From: Pseudoalteromonas tetraodonis
GTDB lineage: Bacteria > Pseudomonadota > Gammaproteobacteria > Enterobacterales > Alteromonadaceae
Direction of reading: 5' to 3'
Length of the DNA: 32,000 bases
NCBI RefSeq assembly: GCF_002310835.1
Contig: NZ_CP011041.1
Coordinates: 2,070,001 to 2,102,000 of the forward strand
The first letter of the stretch is position 1; each line of letters starts with the position of its first letter. Both the position numbers and the translations under genes were made by a program. Below the pieces are notes generated by a model, which worked only from the letters and a program-made list of their open reading frames with translations, had not been told where the DNA came from and searched no databases. Positions 1-8,943 of this stretch are shown here, piece by piece.

Positions 1-1
1 G

Positions 2-526
2 TGGGGCAGCAAAGAGAAACATCTCAAAGAGGCTGTACTCTTTTTAGCTCAGCATCAAAATAGTATGCAAACCTTGGCGGCCATTAAGCTAAACGATAAA
101 CATCATGCTCATATTTTGCATAATTTAAAAGGTCTTGCCGGTAATTTAGCGCTCAATAATTTATCTTACTTAATTACGCAAGCTGAAAAACAACGTGATA
201 TAGCCAGTTATACTCAGTGCATATTAAAATGTCAGCAAGAGTGGCAGCAGCTAGCAGATGAATTATCACACTTACACATTGCTTTTAAAGAGAATGAATT
301 ACAAAAAGAAACCGTGTCAGATGCTGAATTTATTCACCAATTAACGCTTTTACTCAGCCAAGCTAAACGAGCAGAGTTGGATGATACGTTATTAAGTTAT
401 ATTGTAAGAATAACACCCGAACAACACAAAGTTGCTATTTTAAATATTTATGAGCAGTTTAATGACTTTGAATTTGATAATGCACAAACACAGCTCAACG
501 CATTATTAACAACACTCAATAACTAG
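2..526 (+). CDS. Hpt (histidine phosphotransfer) domain protein, probably 5'-truncated by the window edge
   Basis: The frame is open from nt 2 (WGSKEKHLKEAVLFLAQHQNSM...) into tracked ORF 65-526. The phospho-His motif HNLKGLAGNL (HxxKG) lies only 19 aa after the first Met. That is too close for a complete four-helix Hpt bundle, so the true start is likely upstream. It could be a free Hpt protein or the C-terminus of a hybrid kinase. Confidence 0.7.
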   Translation, partial: WGSKEKHLKEAVLFLAQHQNSMQTLAAIKLNDKHHAHILHNLKGLAGNLALNNLSYLITQAEKQRDIASYTQCILKCQQEWQQLADELSHLHIAFKENELQKETVSDAEFIHQLTLLLSQAKRAELDDTLLSYIVRITPEQHKVAILNIYEQFNDFEFDNAQTQLNALLTTLNN

Positions 527-543
527 CTCTTCTGAGGATACCG

Positions 544-1539
544 ATGGATCAATCGATAAGTCAGGCGCGAATATTAATCGTCGATGATGAACCTGCAAAT
601 TTAAAAGTAATGCGCGAGGTCTTAGCGAGTAACTACCGTTTATCGTTTGCTAAATCGGGGGCTGTGGCACTGCAATTAATAGAAAACGATCCGCCAAAAC
701 TCATTTTACTTGATGTAATGATGCCAGATATGAATGGCTTTGAAGTGTGCAAAATTTTAAAAGCTAATCCTAAAACCGCACACATTCCGGTCATTTTTGT
801 CACCGCCCTCACGCAAGAACAAGATGAATCGGAAGGGTTTTCGCTAGGTGCGGTTGACTATATAACCAAACCTATTAGCCCTGCGATTGTAAAGGCAAGG
901 GTAAAAACTCATCTTTCTTTAGTACAAGCCGAGCAACTAAAACAAGCACATGTAGATTTAGTTGAGCGATTAGGTCGCGCGGCAGAGTATAAAGATACCG
1001 ATACGGGTGAGCATATTGCACGAATGAGCCAATACAGCAAAGTACTTGCTTTAGCGTTGGGAATGAACGAACAACACGCAGAATTATTACGCCAAGCTGC
1101 GCCAATGCACGATGTCGGAAAAATAGGTATTCCTGATTCGATACTGTTAAAACCTGGCAAATTAACCCCCGACGAATTTGCACACATGAAAGAGCATGCC
1201 GCTATAGGGGCTAAAATATTGGCTAACTCACCTTCCCCCTTACTGCAACTTGCCCATGTGTTGGCTATTGAACATCATGAAAAATGGGATGGCACAGGTT
1301 ATCCTAATGGGTTAAAAGGCGAGGAAATCTCCATTGAGGGGCGGATTGTAGCGATTGCTGATGTATTTGATGCACTTACATCAAAACGTCCTTATAAAGA
1401 GCCTTGGAGCATTGAGCAAACACTAGAGCATATGCAACAACAAGCAGGAAAACACTTTGACCCTCAGCTGGTTGATCTTTTTATTAGCAAAATAGACGCT
1501 ATTTTAGCGATAAAAAAGGCTCATCAAGAACGCGATTGA
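544..1539 (+). CDS. Response regulator with receiver domain fused to an HD-GYP domain (RpfG-type c-di-GMP phosphodiesterase)
   Basis: The N-terminus is CheY-like (ILIVDDEP...LILLDVMMPDMNGFEV...KP). The C-terminus has intact HD (MHDVGKIGIPD) and GYP (HHEKWDGTGYPNGLKG) motifs. A GAGGA Shine-Dalgarno sits 6 nt upstream, and the gene starts 17 nt after the Hpt stop. Confidence 0.9.
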   Translation: MDQSISQARILIVDDEPANLKVMREVLASNYRLSFAKSGAVALQLIENDPPKLILLDVMMPDMNGFEVCKILKANPKTAHIPVIFVTALTQEQDESEGFSLGAVDYITKPISPAIVKARVKTHLSLVQAEQLKQAHVDLVERLGRAAEYKDTDTGEHIARMSQYSKVLALALGMNEQHAELLRQAAPMHDVGKIGIPDSILLKPGKLTPDEFAHMKEHAAIGAKILANSPSPLLQLAHVLAIEHHEKWDGTGYPNGLKGEEISIEGRIVAIADVFDALTSKRPYKEPWSIEQTLEHMQQQAGKHFDPQLVDLFISKIDAILAIKKAHQERD

Positions 1540-1586
1540 ATCGTCTCTTTTTTGAACAAATATTACTGCGCAAAGTTCAACAGGAC

Positions 1587-2015
1587 CTAGCCCCTTTTGG
1601 CATTGTGAGAGCCTAACGCTACAGCTGGAAAATGCTGTTTTATAATGCGGTAGTCATGGGAAGTGATCTCATGGCTATTGCCACTGTTATCTTTAAAATA
1701 CATAGAAAAAGTCACGCCATGATCAGCCAGTATCGTTTTAATTTCAAGCTGCTCAAAATGTGCTAACCACGCAATAAATTGCTCACCGGCTGCAGCAAAA
1801 GCGATTCCTTTACTTGTCCCTGGTGCCTCAAATAAAGCTAAACGTGTGGATGCGTTTTCATCTTCAAGCGTTAAAGGGCCTTTGCCTTTTTCATTCCAAA
1901 ATGCTAATTCCTCTACTACGGTAAAACCAAGCACCTTTTCATACCAATCAACGGCTTGGGTGAGGCTTTGAACATTTAAATGACAATGATCAATACCGCT
2001 CAATTTTGGCCTCAC
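1587..2015 (-). CDS. VOC/glyoxalase-bleomycin resistance-dioxygenase superfamily protein
   Basis: GIDHCHLNVQSLTQAVDWYEKVLGF is a typical VOC beta-alpha-beta-beta-beta N-terminus. The tracked ORF begins at TTG 2030. I prefer GTG at 2015, which is preceded by GGAGG and lies 4 nt after the upstream HD-gene stop. The start is uncertain (2015 vs 2030). Confidence 0.75.
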   Translation of the reverse strand: MRPKLSGIDHCHLNVQSLTQAVDWYEKVLGFTVVEELAFWNEKGKGPLTLEDENASTRLALFEAPGTSKGIAFAAAGEQFIAWLAHFEQLEIKTILADHGVTFSMYFKDNSGNSHEITSHDYRIIKQHFPAVALGSHNAKRG

Positions 2016-2019
2016 TGTC

Positions 2020-2676
2020 TTACCCTCCAATTTCAGATTTTAACTGCTCTAAAAAGTCATACATATAATCTGTTCTTCTAAGTGCTTCAGCTTTAGCTGA
2101 AGGTGTATTCATACTTTTTGCAATATGCAGCAACTTTATAAAAAAATGATCTAAGGTGTACTGTTTATCATCAGGTTCACGCTCTAAACAAAATGGATCA
2201 TTAGGATTGTACAAAAGTCGGCTTATTGAGCCCCCCACTTTCATACAACGACTAACACCAATAGCCCCTAAGGCATCCATTCTGTCAGCATCTTGTACAA
2301 TCTGTGCTTCAACGGTTTTAATAGCAATATTGGCGCTAAAACTATGCGCGGCTATGGCGTGGTGAATATCATCAAATAGCGCTTCATCATAGCCAATAGA
2401 CGCTAAAAAACTAATCGCTTTATCGGCAGCCATCGTTGAAGCTTTTGCCCTATCGGGATGGTTTTTTGCTACGGCCACACAATCATGTAACCACGCAGCA
2501 GGTAAAACAACATTCATATTGGCTTTTTCAGCAGTGCATAATTTAACTGCAACACGTACTACCCGTTCAATATGGGTAATATCATGGGCTACATCAGCAT
2601 GGATAAGTGCTGTTATAAATTCTCTGCATTGCTGATCAAGTTGCTTTAATGAAGGGCTAAGGGCTAAATTGTTCAC
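2020..2676 (-). CDS. HD-domain metal-dependent phosphohydrolase (YedJ/YpgQ-like)
   Basis: Contains H...HD motifs (ITHIERVVRVA ... AWLHDCV ... QDADRMDALG) at a size of about 218 aa. It is tightly linked to the downstream VOC gene. Confidence 0.75.
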   Translation of the reverse strand: MNNLALSPSLKQLDQQCREFITALIHADVAHDITHIERVVRVAVKLCTAEKANMNVVLPAAWLHDCVAVAKNHPDRAKASTMAADKAISFLASIGYDEALFDDIHHAIAAHSFSANIAIKTVEAQIVQDADRMDALGAIGVSRCMKVGGSISRLLYNPNDPFCLEREPDDKQYTLDHFFIKLLHIAKSMNTPSAKAEALRRTDYMYDFLEQLKSEIGG

Positions 2677-2815
2677 CGAGCTTCCAAAAATCTATTTAAA
2701 CGAGGTAATATCCCCTACTTTAACGCGATTTATAAGGCCCTTGCAAAACATTCATTGTATGTTGCGCGTGGCTTGACTAAAATACAGCGCTTATTTATTA
2801 CTACAGAGAAGCCCT

Positions 2816-4006
2816 ATGTCATCTGCCGTTTACCTGCAAGCTGGTCGCGATAAATCATTAAAAAGAAAACACCCTTGGTTATTTTCTAAAGCCATCAAAA
2901 AAATTAAAGGTAAACCTGGGTTAGGTGACACGGTAACCATACACGACAGTGAAGGTAAGTTTTTAGCCACCGCGGCTTACAGCCCGCATTCACAAATTCG
3001 CGCGCGTGTTTGGAGCTTTGATGAAAAAGAAGTCATAGATCAACATTTTTTCGAGCGTCGCCTACGTCGTGCTTTAGAAGCTCGCAGCCATGCGATTGAA
3101 GAAGGTGGACTGACCGGTTTTAGGCTTTGCGCCGCTGAATCCGATTATTTACCGGGTGTTACCATAGATAAATTTGATAACACCTTGGTTTGTCAGTTAC
3201 TCAGTGCCGGTGCTGAGCGCCACAAAGGTGAAATTGTTGGCGCATTAATGGCTATTTTCCCAGGCTCAAATATTTATGAGCGCTCAGATGTAGATGTGCG
3301 CACTAAAGAAGGCTTGGAGCCAATTAAAGGAGTGCTTTGGGGTAATGAACCCACAGCGCCAGTTATCATTGAAGAAAATGGTTTAAAAATTGAAGTTGAT
3401 ATTCTTGAAGGCCATAAAACCGGCTTTTATTTAGATCAACGTGATAGCCGTGCTGCACTGGAGCGTTTTTCAAAAGATAAAACCGTATTAAATTGCTTTA
3501 GTTATACGGGAACGTTTTCTCTTTATGCCCTGCGTGGTGGCTGTAAGCATGTAACCAATGTCGATGTTTCACAACCAGCTCTTGATACAGCAAAGCGCAA
3601 TGTTGAACATAACAACCTTGATTTAAATAAAGTCGACTTTGTAAAACAAGATGTATTTAAGTTATTGCGCCAATACCGTGAAGACGGCGTGATGTTTGAT
3701 ACGATTGTGATGGATCCGCCTAAATTTGCTGATAATAAAGCGCAGTTAACTGGGGCATGTCGGGGTTACAAAGATATTAATATGATTGCGATGCAAATAT
3801 TAAAACCAGGCGGCACACTGCTTACTTTCTCATGCTCTGGTTTAATGGAACAAAATTTGTTTCAAAAAGTGGTTGCAGATGCAGCACTTGATGCAGGTAA
3901 AGATTTGCTGATCATGGAGCGCTTAAATCAAGCAGCTGACCACCCTATTGCGGGCAGCTACCCTGAAGGCTTTTATCTTAAAGGCCTTATTTGTAAGGTT
4001 TACTAA
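2816..4006 (+). CDS. rlmI: 23S rRNA m5C1962 methyltransferase RlmI (PUA + SAM-dependent MTase)
   Basis: The N-terminus ([13 protein letters not shown]) and the SAM-MTase core ([12 protein letters not shown]...MDPPKF...LLTFSCSG) match the YccW/RlmI family. The 396-aa length fits. Confidence 0.9.
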   Translation: MSSAVYLQAGRDKSLKRKHPWLFSKAIKKIKGKPGLGDTVTIHDSEGKFLATAAYSPHSQIRARVWSFDEKEVIDQHFFERRLRRALEARSHAIEEGGLTGFRLCAAESDYLPGVTIDKFDNTLVCQLLSAGAERHKGEIVGALMAIFPGSNIYERSDVDVRTKEGLEPIKGVLWGNEPTAPVIIEENGLKIEVDILEGHKTGFYLDQRDSRAALERFSKDKTVLNCFSYTGTFSLYALRGGCKHVTNVDVSQPALDTAKRNVEHNNLDLNKVDFVKQDVFKLLRQYREDGVMFDTIVMDPPKFADNKAQLTGACRGYKDINMIAMQILKPGGTLLTFSCSGLMEQNLFQKVVADAALDAGKDLLIMERLNQAADHPIAGSYPEGFYLKGLICKVY

Positions 4007-4015
4007 ACACTAATT

Positions 4016-4312
4016 TTAGTTAAACTCAATAATTTCTAGCCCTGCGGTTATCGTGCCATCCTCTTCTGTGCTGGCACGTATCACCTTTGCAGTGGCTTTT
4101 AACGGTGCAATGCTTGGATGGGTTGATGCAATATCAACCGATAAAATTGAGTTAAGCTCTAATAAATCATCGAGCTGCAAGGAGAGCCCTGTTGCACTTA
4201 AGTCAAGGCAGGTGCCTGTGTAACTTAGTCCTGCGACGGGCTCAATCGAGGTTAACTTAGCGGGTGTGTTAACCTGCATACGTCTGTAGTTTCGCTTATC
4301 TTCAGTAAACAT
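4016..4312 (-). CDS. Stand-alone PilZ-domain protein (putative c-di-GMP receptor)
   Basis: Has an RxxxR-like motif (KRNYRRM) followed by D-x-S-x-x-G (DLSATGLS), the canonical PilZ signature. At 98 aa it is single-domain size. Its start is 8 nt after the receiver-gene stop, and the GAGGGA SD overlaps that stop. Confidence 0.75.
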   Translation of the reverse strand: MFTEDKRNYRRMQVNTPAKLTSIEPVAGLSYTGTCLDLSATGLSLQLDDLLELNSILSVDIASTHPSIAPLKATAKVIRASTEEDGTITAGLEIIEFN

Positions 4313-4320
4313 AATTCCCT

Positions 4321-4701
4321 CTACACAATATTATTAATTTTTTCTCGTAGTACGGCGATAGAAAAAGGTTTTACAACGTAAGCATCACACCCTGAGTCAA
4401 AGCCTGCTTGTTGCTCAAGCTCTGACTCAAGTCCTGATATCATCACCACCGGAATGTGTTTTGTCTCTGGCGTATGTTTAAGTATGCGACAGGTATCATA
4501 ACCATCAAGCCCCGGCATACATACATCAAGCAAAATAATATCAGGCGGATTAGCAATGGCAGATGCTAAACAACTTTTACCAGAATCAGCATAGCTTAAA
4601 TCAAATGTTGATGCTAACCCTGCTTTGAGTATTTCAAAATTGAAATACTCATCATCAACCACTAACAATTGTCGCGCTTGGTGTTTTAGTAATGAGGACA
4701 T
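4321..4701 (-). CDS. Single-domain response regulator (CheY-like receiver only)
   Basis: Carries LLVVDDE, the phospho-acceptor context ILLDVCMPGLDG, T/S (VVMISG) and KPF. There is no output domain. Confidence 0.85.
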   Translation of the reverse strand: MSSLLKHQARQLLVVDDEYFNFEILKAGLASTFDLSYADSGKSCLASAIANPPDIILLDVCMPGLDGYDTCRILKHTPETKHIPVVMISGLESELEQQAGFDSGCDAYVVKPFSIAVLREKINNIV

Positions 4702-4733
4702 AGCAATGTCATTTCCTTCTCAAGTTAGTCCCT

Positions 4734-4906
4734 TAGGGTCTGTTGACCGTTCAAGGTTGAATTTGCAGTAGCCTGTTTGGTATTTAGGCAAGGCAGAGCC
4801 TATGTGGTGTGGTTTTTACTTAGCCCACTAGGTTACAAACCTTGCGCCGCGATTAAACCGCCCTTAGTTTGAACAAATTTTAATCCACAAAGGTCAACAG
4901 ACCCTA
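4734..4906. repeat. 173-bp intergenic element bounded by perfect 15-bp inverted repeats (candidate MITE or structured RNA)
   Basis: TAGGGTCTGTTGACC at 4734-4748 is the exact reverse complement of GGTCAACAGACCCTA at 4892-4906. It can also be read as a 13-bp TIR (GGGTCTGTTGACC) flanked by TA on each side. Internal nested complementarity exists (CAAGGTT 4752-4758 with a downstream AACCTTG). No ORF is present. Confidence 0.5.
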
Positions 4907-4927
4907 GCTTAATAGCGAATAAAGGGA

Positions 4928-7900
4928 TTATTCAATTTCTTTTATCGCATTTAAAACACGTTTTGCTGAAATTGGATAAGGTGTACCTAAGGTTTGCGCA
5001 AATAAGGATACGCGTAATTCTTGCTGCATCCAAAAAATAGCCTCAACATCGTCAGGCAATGGCATTCCTTTAGGGGTTTTATTCGTCAGTTTTTTATATT
5101 CTTGCGCCACTTTTTCAAGCTCTAGCACACATAATCTATCACGATTTGGGTCGACGGGTAGCTTTTCTAGTCGTTTTTGAATCGCTTTTAAGTAACGAAT
5201 TAAATCGCCGAGCTTATCCGCCCCATGCTGGCTCACAAAACCTTTAAAAATAAGCGATTCTAACTGAGATTTAATATCGCCATGGGCAGTGATCATGGTT
5301 AAATCTACTCGCCCTTTCATTTTTTTATGCAGCGCATGAGCAATACTCAGTACTTGCTCTACTTGGGTTGCAATTGCTACTACGGTGTCGCCTAATTCGC
5401 CGCGAATATGCTCTTTAACCGCTTCAAATGCATCACTTGTACGAATATCACCATATTTAACTAATAGGCTATCAACACCCGATGCGATACAGTCATCAAT
5501 TAAATCTGCAATTTTACCAAAAGGATTAAAGTACAACCCTAGCTTAGCCTTGTTTGGTAAATTTTGCTGCAGGTATTTAATGGGTGATGGTACGTTTAAT
5601 AACACTAAACGACGCAACCCCTGCTGGTGCGCTAATTGCGCTTTAATTTCGTTATCGAATAACTCCACTGCCGCCGTTGATTTTTTATCCACCAGCGCAG
5701 GGTACGCTTTAATTTCGTACTGACCTTGCTTTTTCACATAGGATGTTGGTAACTCTCCAAAATCCCACTGTGTTAAATCGGTTTTTTCTATGCCTTTGTC
5801 GGCGACTTTAGATAAGGTGTCGGTGACCTTGCCTTGTAGCTGCGCTTTAAGTTTAGCTAAATCGAGTCCACGTGCCAGTAGCTTGTCGTGTTCATCGCGC
5901 ACTTCAAATTGTAGCCTTAAATGCGGAGCAAGCGCAGTTAAATCCCACGCCTCAGGGTCTACACGGACGCCGGTCATACGTAGTAATCGATTGCTTAGCG
6001 AGTCGATTAACGAGCCTTGTAATGGCTCTATAGCCGCTAACACCGCATCGGCATAATTGGGCGCAGGAACAAAGTTACGACGCAATGACTTTGGTAATGA
6101 CTTAATTAACCCACAAATTAACTCATGACGAAATGCCGGTATATGCCAATCAAAGCCACTTTCTTGCACTTGGTTTAACAGTGCAACGGGTATTTGTACG
6201 GCAACGCCATCAACCGCTTGGCCTGGATCAAAGTGATAGGTAAGCGGCAGCATCAAATTATCTTGCTGCCATGTATCTGGGTAGTCAAATTCGGTAATGC
6301 TGCTGGCGCCATGTTGCATGAGCTCTTCGCGCGTCATGTGCAGGTAGTGTTTGTCTTGTTGTTTTTGTGTTTTATACCACTTAATAAACGCAGCACGATT
6401 GTTAATATCGCTGGGTATTTTCTTCTCGTAAAACTCAAACAAGGTTTGCTCATCAACTAAAATATCGCGTCTACGAGACTTGTTTTCGAGCACTTGAATA
6501 TCTTCAATTAATTCGCGGTTATACGCTAAAAATGCTTCATTTAATCCAAGCTCTTGTTCAACCAGCGCCGAGCGGATAAATAATTCGCGGCTTACTTTAG
6601 GATCAATCTTGCTATACACACACCGGCGTTTATTAACGATAAGCAGGCCGTAAAGTGTTTGTTGCTCAAAGGCAATGACTGCACCGGGCTTTTTCTCCCA
6701 GTGTGGCTCTGTATAGCTTCGTTTTACCAAATGTTGAGCAAACGGTTCTACCCAGTTCACATCTATTTTGGCATTAATACGGGCATAGAGTTTACTGGTT
6801 TCTACCAATTCAGCCGACATCATCCACTTGGGGCTCTTTTTAAACAAGCCAGATCCTGGAAAAATATGAAATTGGCTATTACGTGCGCCTTTATACAGCT
6901 GCTTTTCGTCTTTAAAACCGATATGACTGAGCATGCCACTTAACAGTGCTTTGTGAATAAGCTCGCTGTCTGCAACATTAGTGGTGGCTTTCATTTTCAT
7001 TTCATTGCACACAGTGCTGATTTGATAAACGATGTCTTGCCATTCACGAATGCGCATATACGCTAAAAAATCTTTTTGACATAGCTTTCTAAACTGGCTA
7101 TTGGTCAGCTCACTTTGCTGCTCTTCGAGGTAATTCCACAAGTTTAAAAAGGCGATAAAGTCAGAGTCTGGATCGTCAAAGCGACCGTGTTTTTCATTCG
7201 CTGCCTGGCGTTTTTCTTGTGGTCGTTCTCGTGGGTCTTGAATTGAGAGCGCAGCAACAATAATAATCACCTCACGCAATGCACCCAGCTTATGCGCAGT
7301 CAGCACCATTTTTGCTAAACGCGGATCCACTGGCAAACGACTCAGCTCTCGACCAGATTGCGTTAAACTGGTTTTTTGATGACGTTTAGCTTCTTTTACC
7401 GCTTGTAACTCTTCAAGCAGTGTTAAACCATCGTTAATGTTGCGGCTATCTGGGGCTTGCACAAAAGGAAATTGCGCCATATCACCCAACCCTAATGCCA
7501 GCATTTGTAAAATAACTGACGCTAAGTTAGTACGCAATATTTCAGGATCGGTAAATTCAGGACGTGATAAAAAATCGTCCTCTGAATACAAGCGAATACA
7601 AATACCCGCTTCAACACGTCCACAACGCCCCATTCGCTGATTAGCACTAGCTTGCGAAATAGGCTCTATGGGTAAACGTTGAACCTTTGTACGGTAACTG
7701 TAACGACTAATACGCGCCGTACCCGGGTCAATAACATAACGAATACCTGGCACCGTTAGCGATGTTTCAGCGACGTTGGTTGAGAGAATAATGTGGCGGC
7801 GCGAATGCGGCGCAAAAATACGATTTTGCTCAGCGTTCGATAGCCTTGAATACAAAGGTAATATATCGGTGTGTTTTAAATTACGCTTACTTAGCGCATC

Positions 7901-8821
7901 GGCGGTGTCGCGTATTTCTCGCTCACCGTTTAAAAAGATCAGAATATCACCGGGGCCTTCAGCGCAAAGTTCATCGACCGCATCAAAAATCCCCTGTAAC
8001 TGGTCGCCTTCGGCTTCCATGTCTTCTTTTTGGATATCACTGATGGGGTTATAGCGTACATCCACAGGGAATGTCCGGCCTGATACTTCAATAATTGGCG
8101 CATCATCAAAGTGCTTAGAAAAACGTTCTGGATCAATGGTCGCTGAGGTAATAATAACTTTTAAGTCAGGACGTTTAGGAAGTAAATTTTTAAGGTAACC
8201 TAAAATAAAATCAATGTTTAAACTGCGCTCATGCGCCTCATCAATAATAATGGTGTCGTATTGATTCAAAAAACGGTCTTGTTGTATTTCAGCTAATAAA
8301 ATACCGTCGGTCATCAATTTTATATAACTGTTATTAGAAACCTGATCGCTAAAGCGAATTTTAAAACCCACTTGCTGACCAAGCTCGCATTGCATTTCTT
8401 CTGCTATACGATTGGCAACGCTACGTGCAGCTAAACGTCTAGGTTGAGTATGGCCTATATACCCATCAACCCCACGGCCTAACTCTAAACACATTTTAGG
8501 AATTTGTGTGGTTTTACCTGAGCCGGTTTCACCAGCAATAATCACCACTTGATTATTAGCAATGGCCTCTTTAATGGTGTCTTTTTTTTGACTGACCGGT
8601 AATTGCTCAGGATAAGTAACGTTAGGTAGCCCAGCTAAACGCTGCTCGCGAAGCGATTGACTGCGACTGATATCAGCCGTAATTTTTTCAAGCGCACTGG
8701 TAAGTTTTGCCTCGTCGGTAATTTTTTTTACGCCATGAAGGCGCTTTTTAAAACTGAATTGATCTTTTTTTAAGCACGTTTTTAGCTCGCCAAACAACTG
8801 ACCTAGGTTTACCACCTGCAT
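4928..8821 (-). CDS. hrpA: ATP-dependent RNA helicase HrpA (DEAH-box)
   Basis: 1297 aa. Contains the Walker A motif GETGSGKTTQ, the DEAH box IIDEAHERS, SAT, and QRMGRCGR. The long C-terminal extension is typical of HrpA. Confidence 0.95.
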   Translation of the reverse strand: MQVVNLGQLFGELKTCLKKDQFSFKKRLHGVKKITDEAKLTSALEKITADISRSQSLREQRLAGLPNVTYPEQLPVSQKKDTIKEAIANNQVVIIAGETGSGKTTQIPKMCLELGRGVDGYIGHTQPRRLAARSVANRIAEEMQCELGQQVGFKIRFSDQVSNNSYIKLMTDGILLAEIQQDRFLNQYDTIIIDEAHERSLNIDFILGYLKNLLPKRPDLKVIITSATIDPERFSKHFDDAPIIEVSGRTFPVDVRYNPISDIQKEDMEAEGDQLQGIFDAVDELCAEGPGDILIFLNGEREIRDTADALSKRNLKHTDILPLYSRLSNAEQNRIFAPHSRRHIILSTNVAETSLTVPGIRYVIDPGTARISRYSYRTKVQRLPIEPISQASANQRMGRCGRVEAGICIRLYSEDDFLSRPEFTDPEILRTNLASVILQMLALGLGDMAQFPFVQAPDSRNINDGLTLLEELQAVKEAKRHQKTSLTQSGRELSRLPVDPRLAKMVLTAHKLGALREVIIIVAALSIQDPRERPQEKRQAANEKHGRFDDPDSDFIAFLNLWNYLEEQQSELTNSQFRKLCQKDFLAYMRIREWQDIVYQISTVCNEMKMKATTNVADSELIHKALLSGMLSHIGFKDEKQLYKGARNSQFHIFPGSGLFKKSPKWMMSAELVETSKLYARINAKIDVNWVEPFAQHLVKRSYTEPHWEKKPGAVIAFEQQTLYGLLIVNKRRCVYSKIDPKVSRELFIRSALVEQELGLNEAFLAYNRELIEDIQVLENKSRRRDILVDEQTLFEFYEKKIPSDINNRAAFIKWYKTQKQQDKHYLHMTREELMQHGASSITEFDYPDTWQQDNLMLPLTYHFDPGQAVDGVAVQIPVALLNQVQESGFDWHIPAFRHELICGLIKSLPKSLRRNFVPAPNYADAVLAAIEPLQGSLIDSLSNRLLRMTGVRVDPEAWDLTALAPHLRLQFEVRDEHDKLLARGLDLAKLKAQLQGKVTDTLSKVADKGIEKTDLTQWDFGELPTSYVKKQGQYEIKAYPALVDKKSTAAVELFDNEIKAQLAHQQGLRRLVLLNVPSPIKYLQQNLPNKAKLGLYFNPFGKIADLIDDCIASGVDSLLVKYGDIRTSDAFEAVKEHIRGELGDTVVAIATQVEQVLSIAHALHKKMKGRVDLTMITAHGDIKSQLESLIFKGFVSQHGADKLGDLIRYLKAIQKRLEKLPVDPNRDRLCVLELEKVAQEYKKLTNKTPKGMPLPDDVEAIFWMQQELRVSLFAQTLGTPYPISAKRVLNAIKEIE

Positions 8822-8943
8822 ACCTTATAAAAATTAGTCAAAGAGCCCCGATTGTAGCAAATTAAATGGCTGGGGTTAATCCTGTAAAGGACATAACAAT
8901 CAGCGGATTATTATATAAACCTCCAGCCACTAAAGAAAAACGC

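Noticed and set aside
875-1187. Two antisense ORFs (102 and 92 aa) inside the receiver-HD-GYP gene
   Set aside because: They lie fully within a gene with strong motif support on the opposite strand. Their composition is Cys/Ser/Arg-rich, they have no SD, and they look like typical shadow ORFs.
2773-2801. TTGACT-N17-TATTAC as the rlmI promoter
   Set aside because: The implied transcription start (about 2808) would fall inside or after the only SD-like sequence (AGAGAAG), and the -10 is weak. The support is not good enough to annotate it.
4702-4927. Possible c-di-GMP (GEMM-type) riboswitch upstream of the receiver-PilZ operon
   Set aside because: The location is attractive and the region is structured. 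However, I could not find the conserved GEMM-I cores (paired GGCAAACC / ACGCAAAGCC-type segments with GNRA loop and receptor); only loose GCGCAAGG / TGCAAATTC resemblances exist. An Rfam scan is needed, so I report it only as an IR-bounded element.
5385-8136. A series of 65-112-aa ORFs on both strands within hrpA
   Set aside because: All are nested in the 1297-aa HrpA reading frame, which has unambiguous helicase motifs. The ORFs are low-complexity Ser/Arg/Cys-rich translations with no independent signals.
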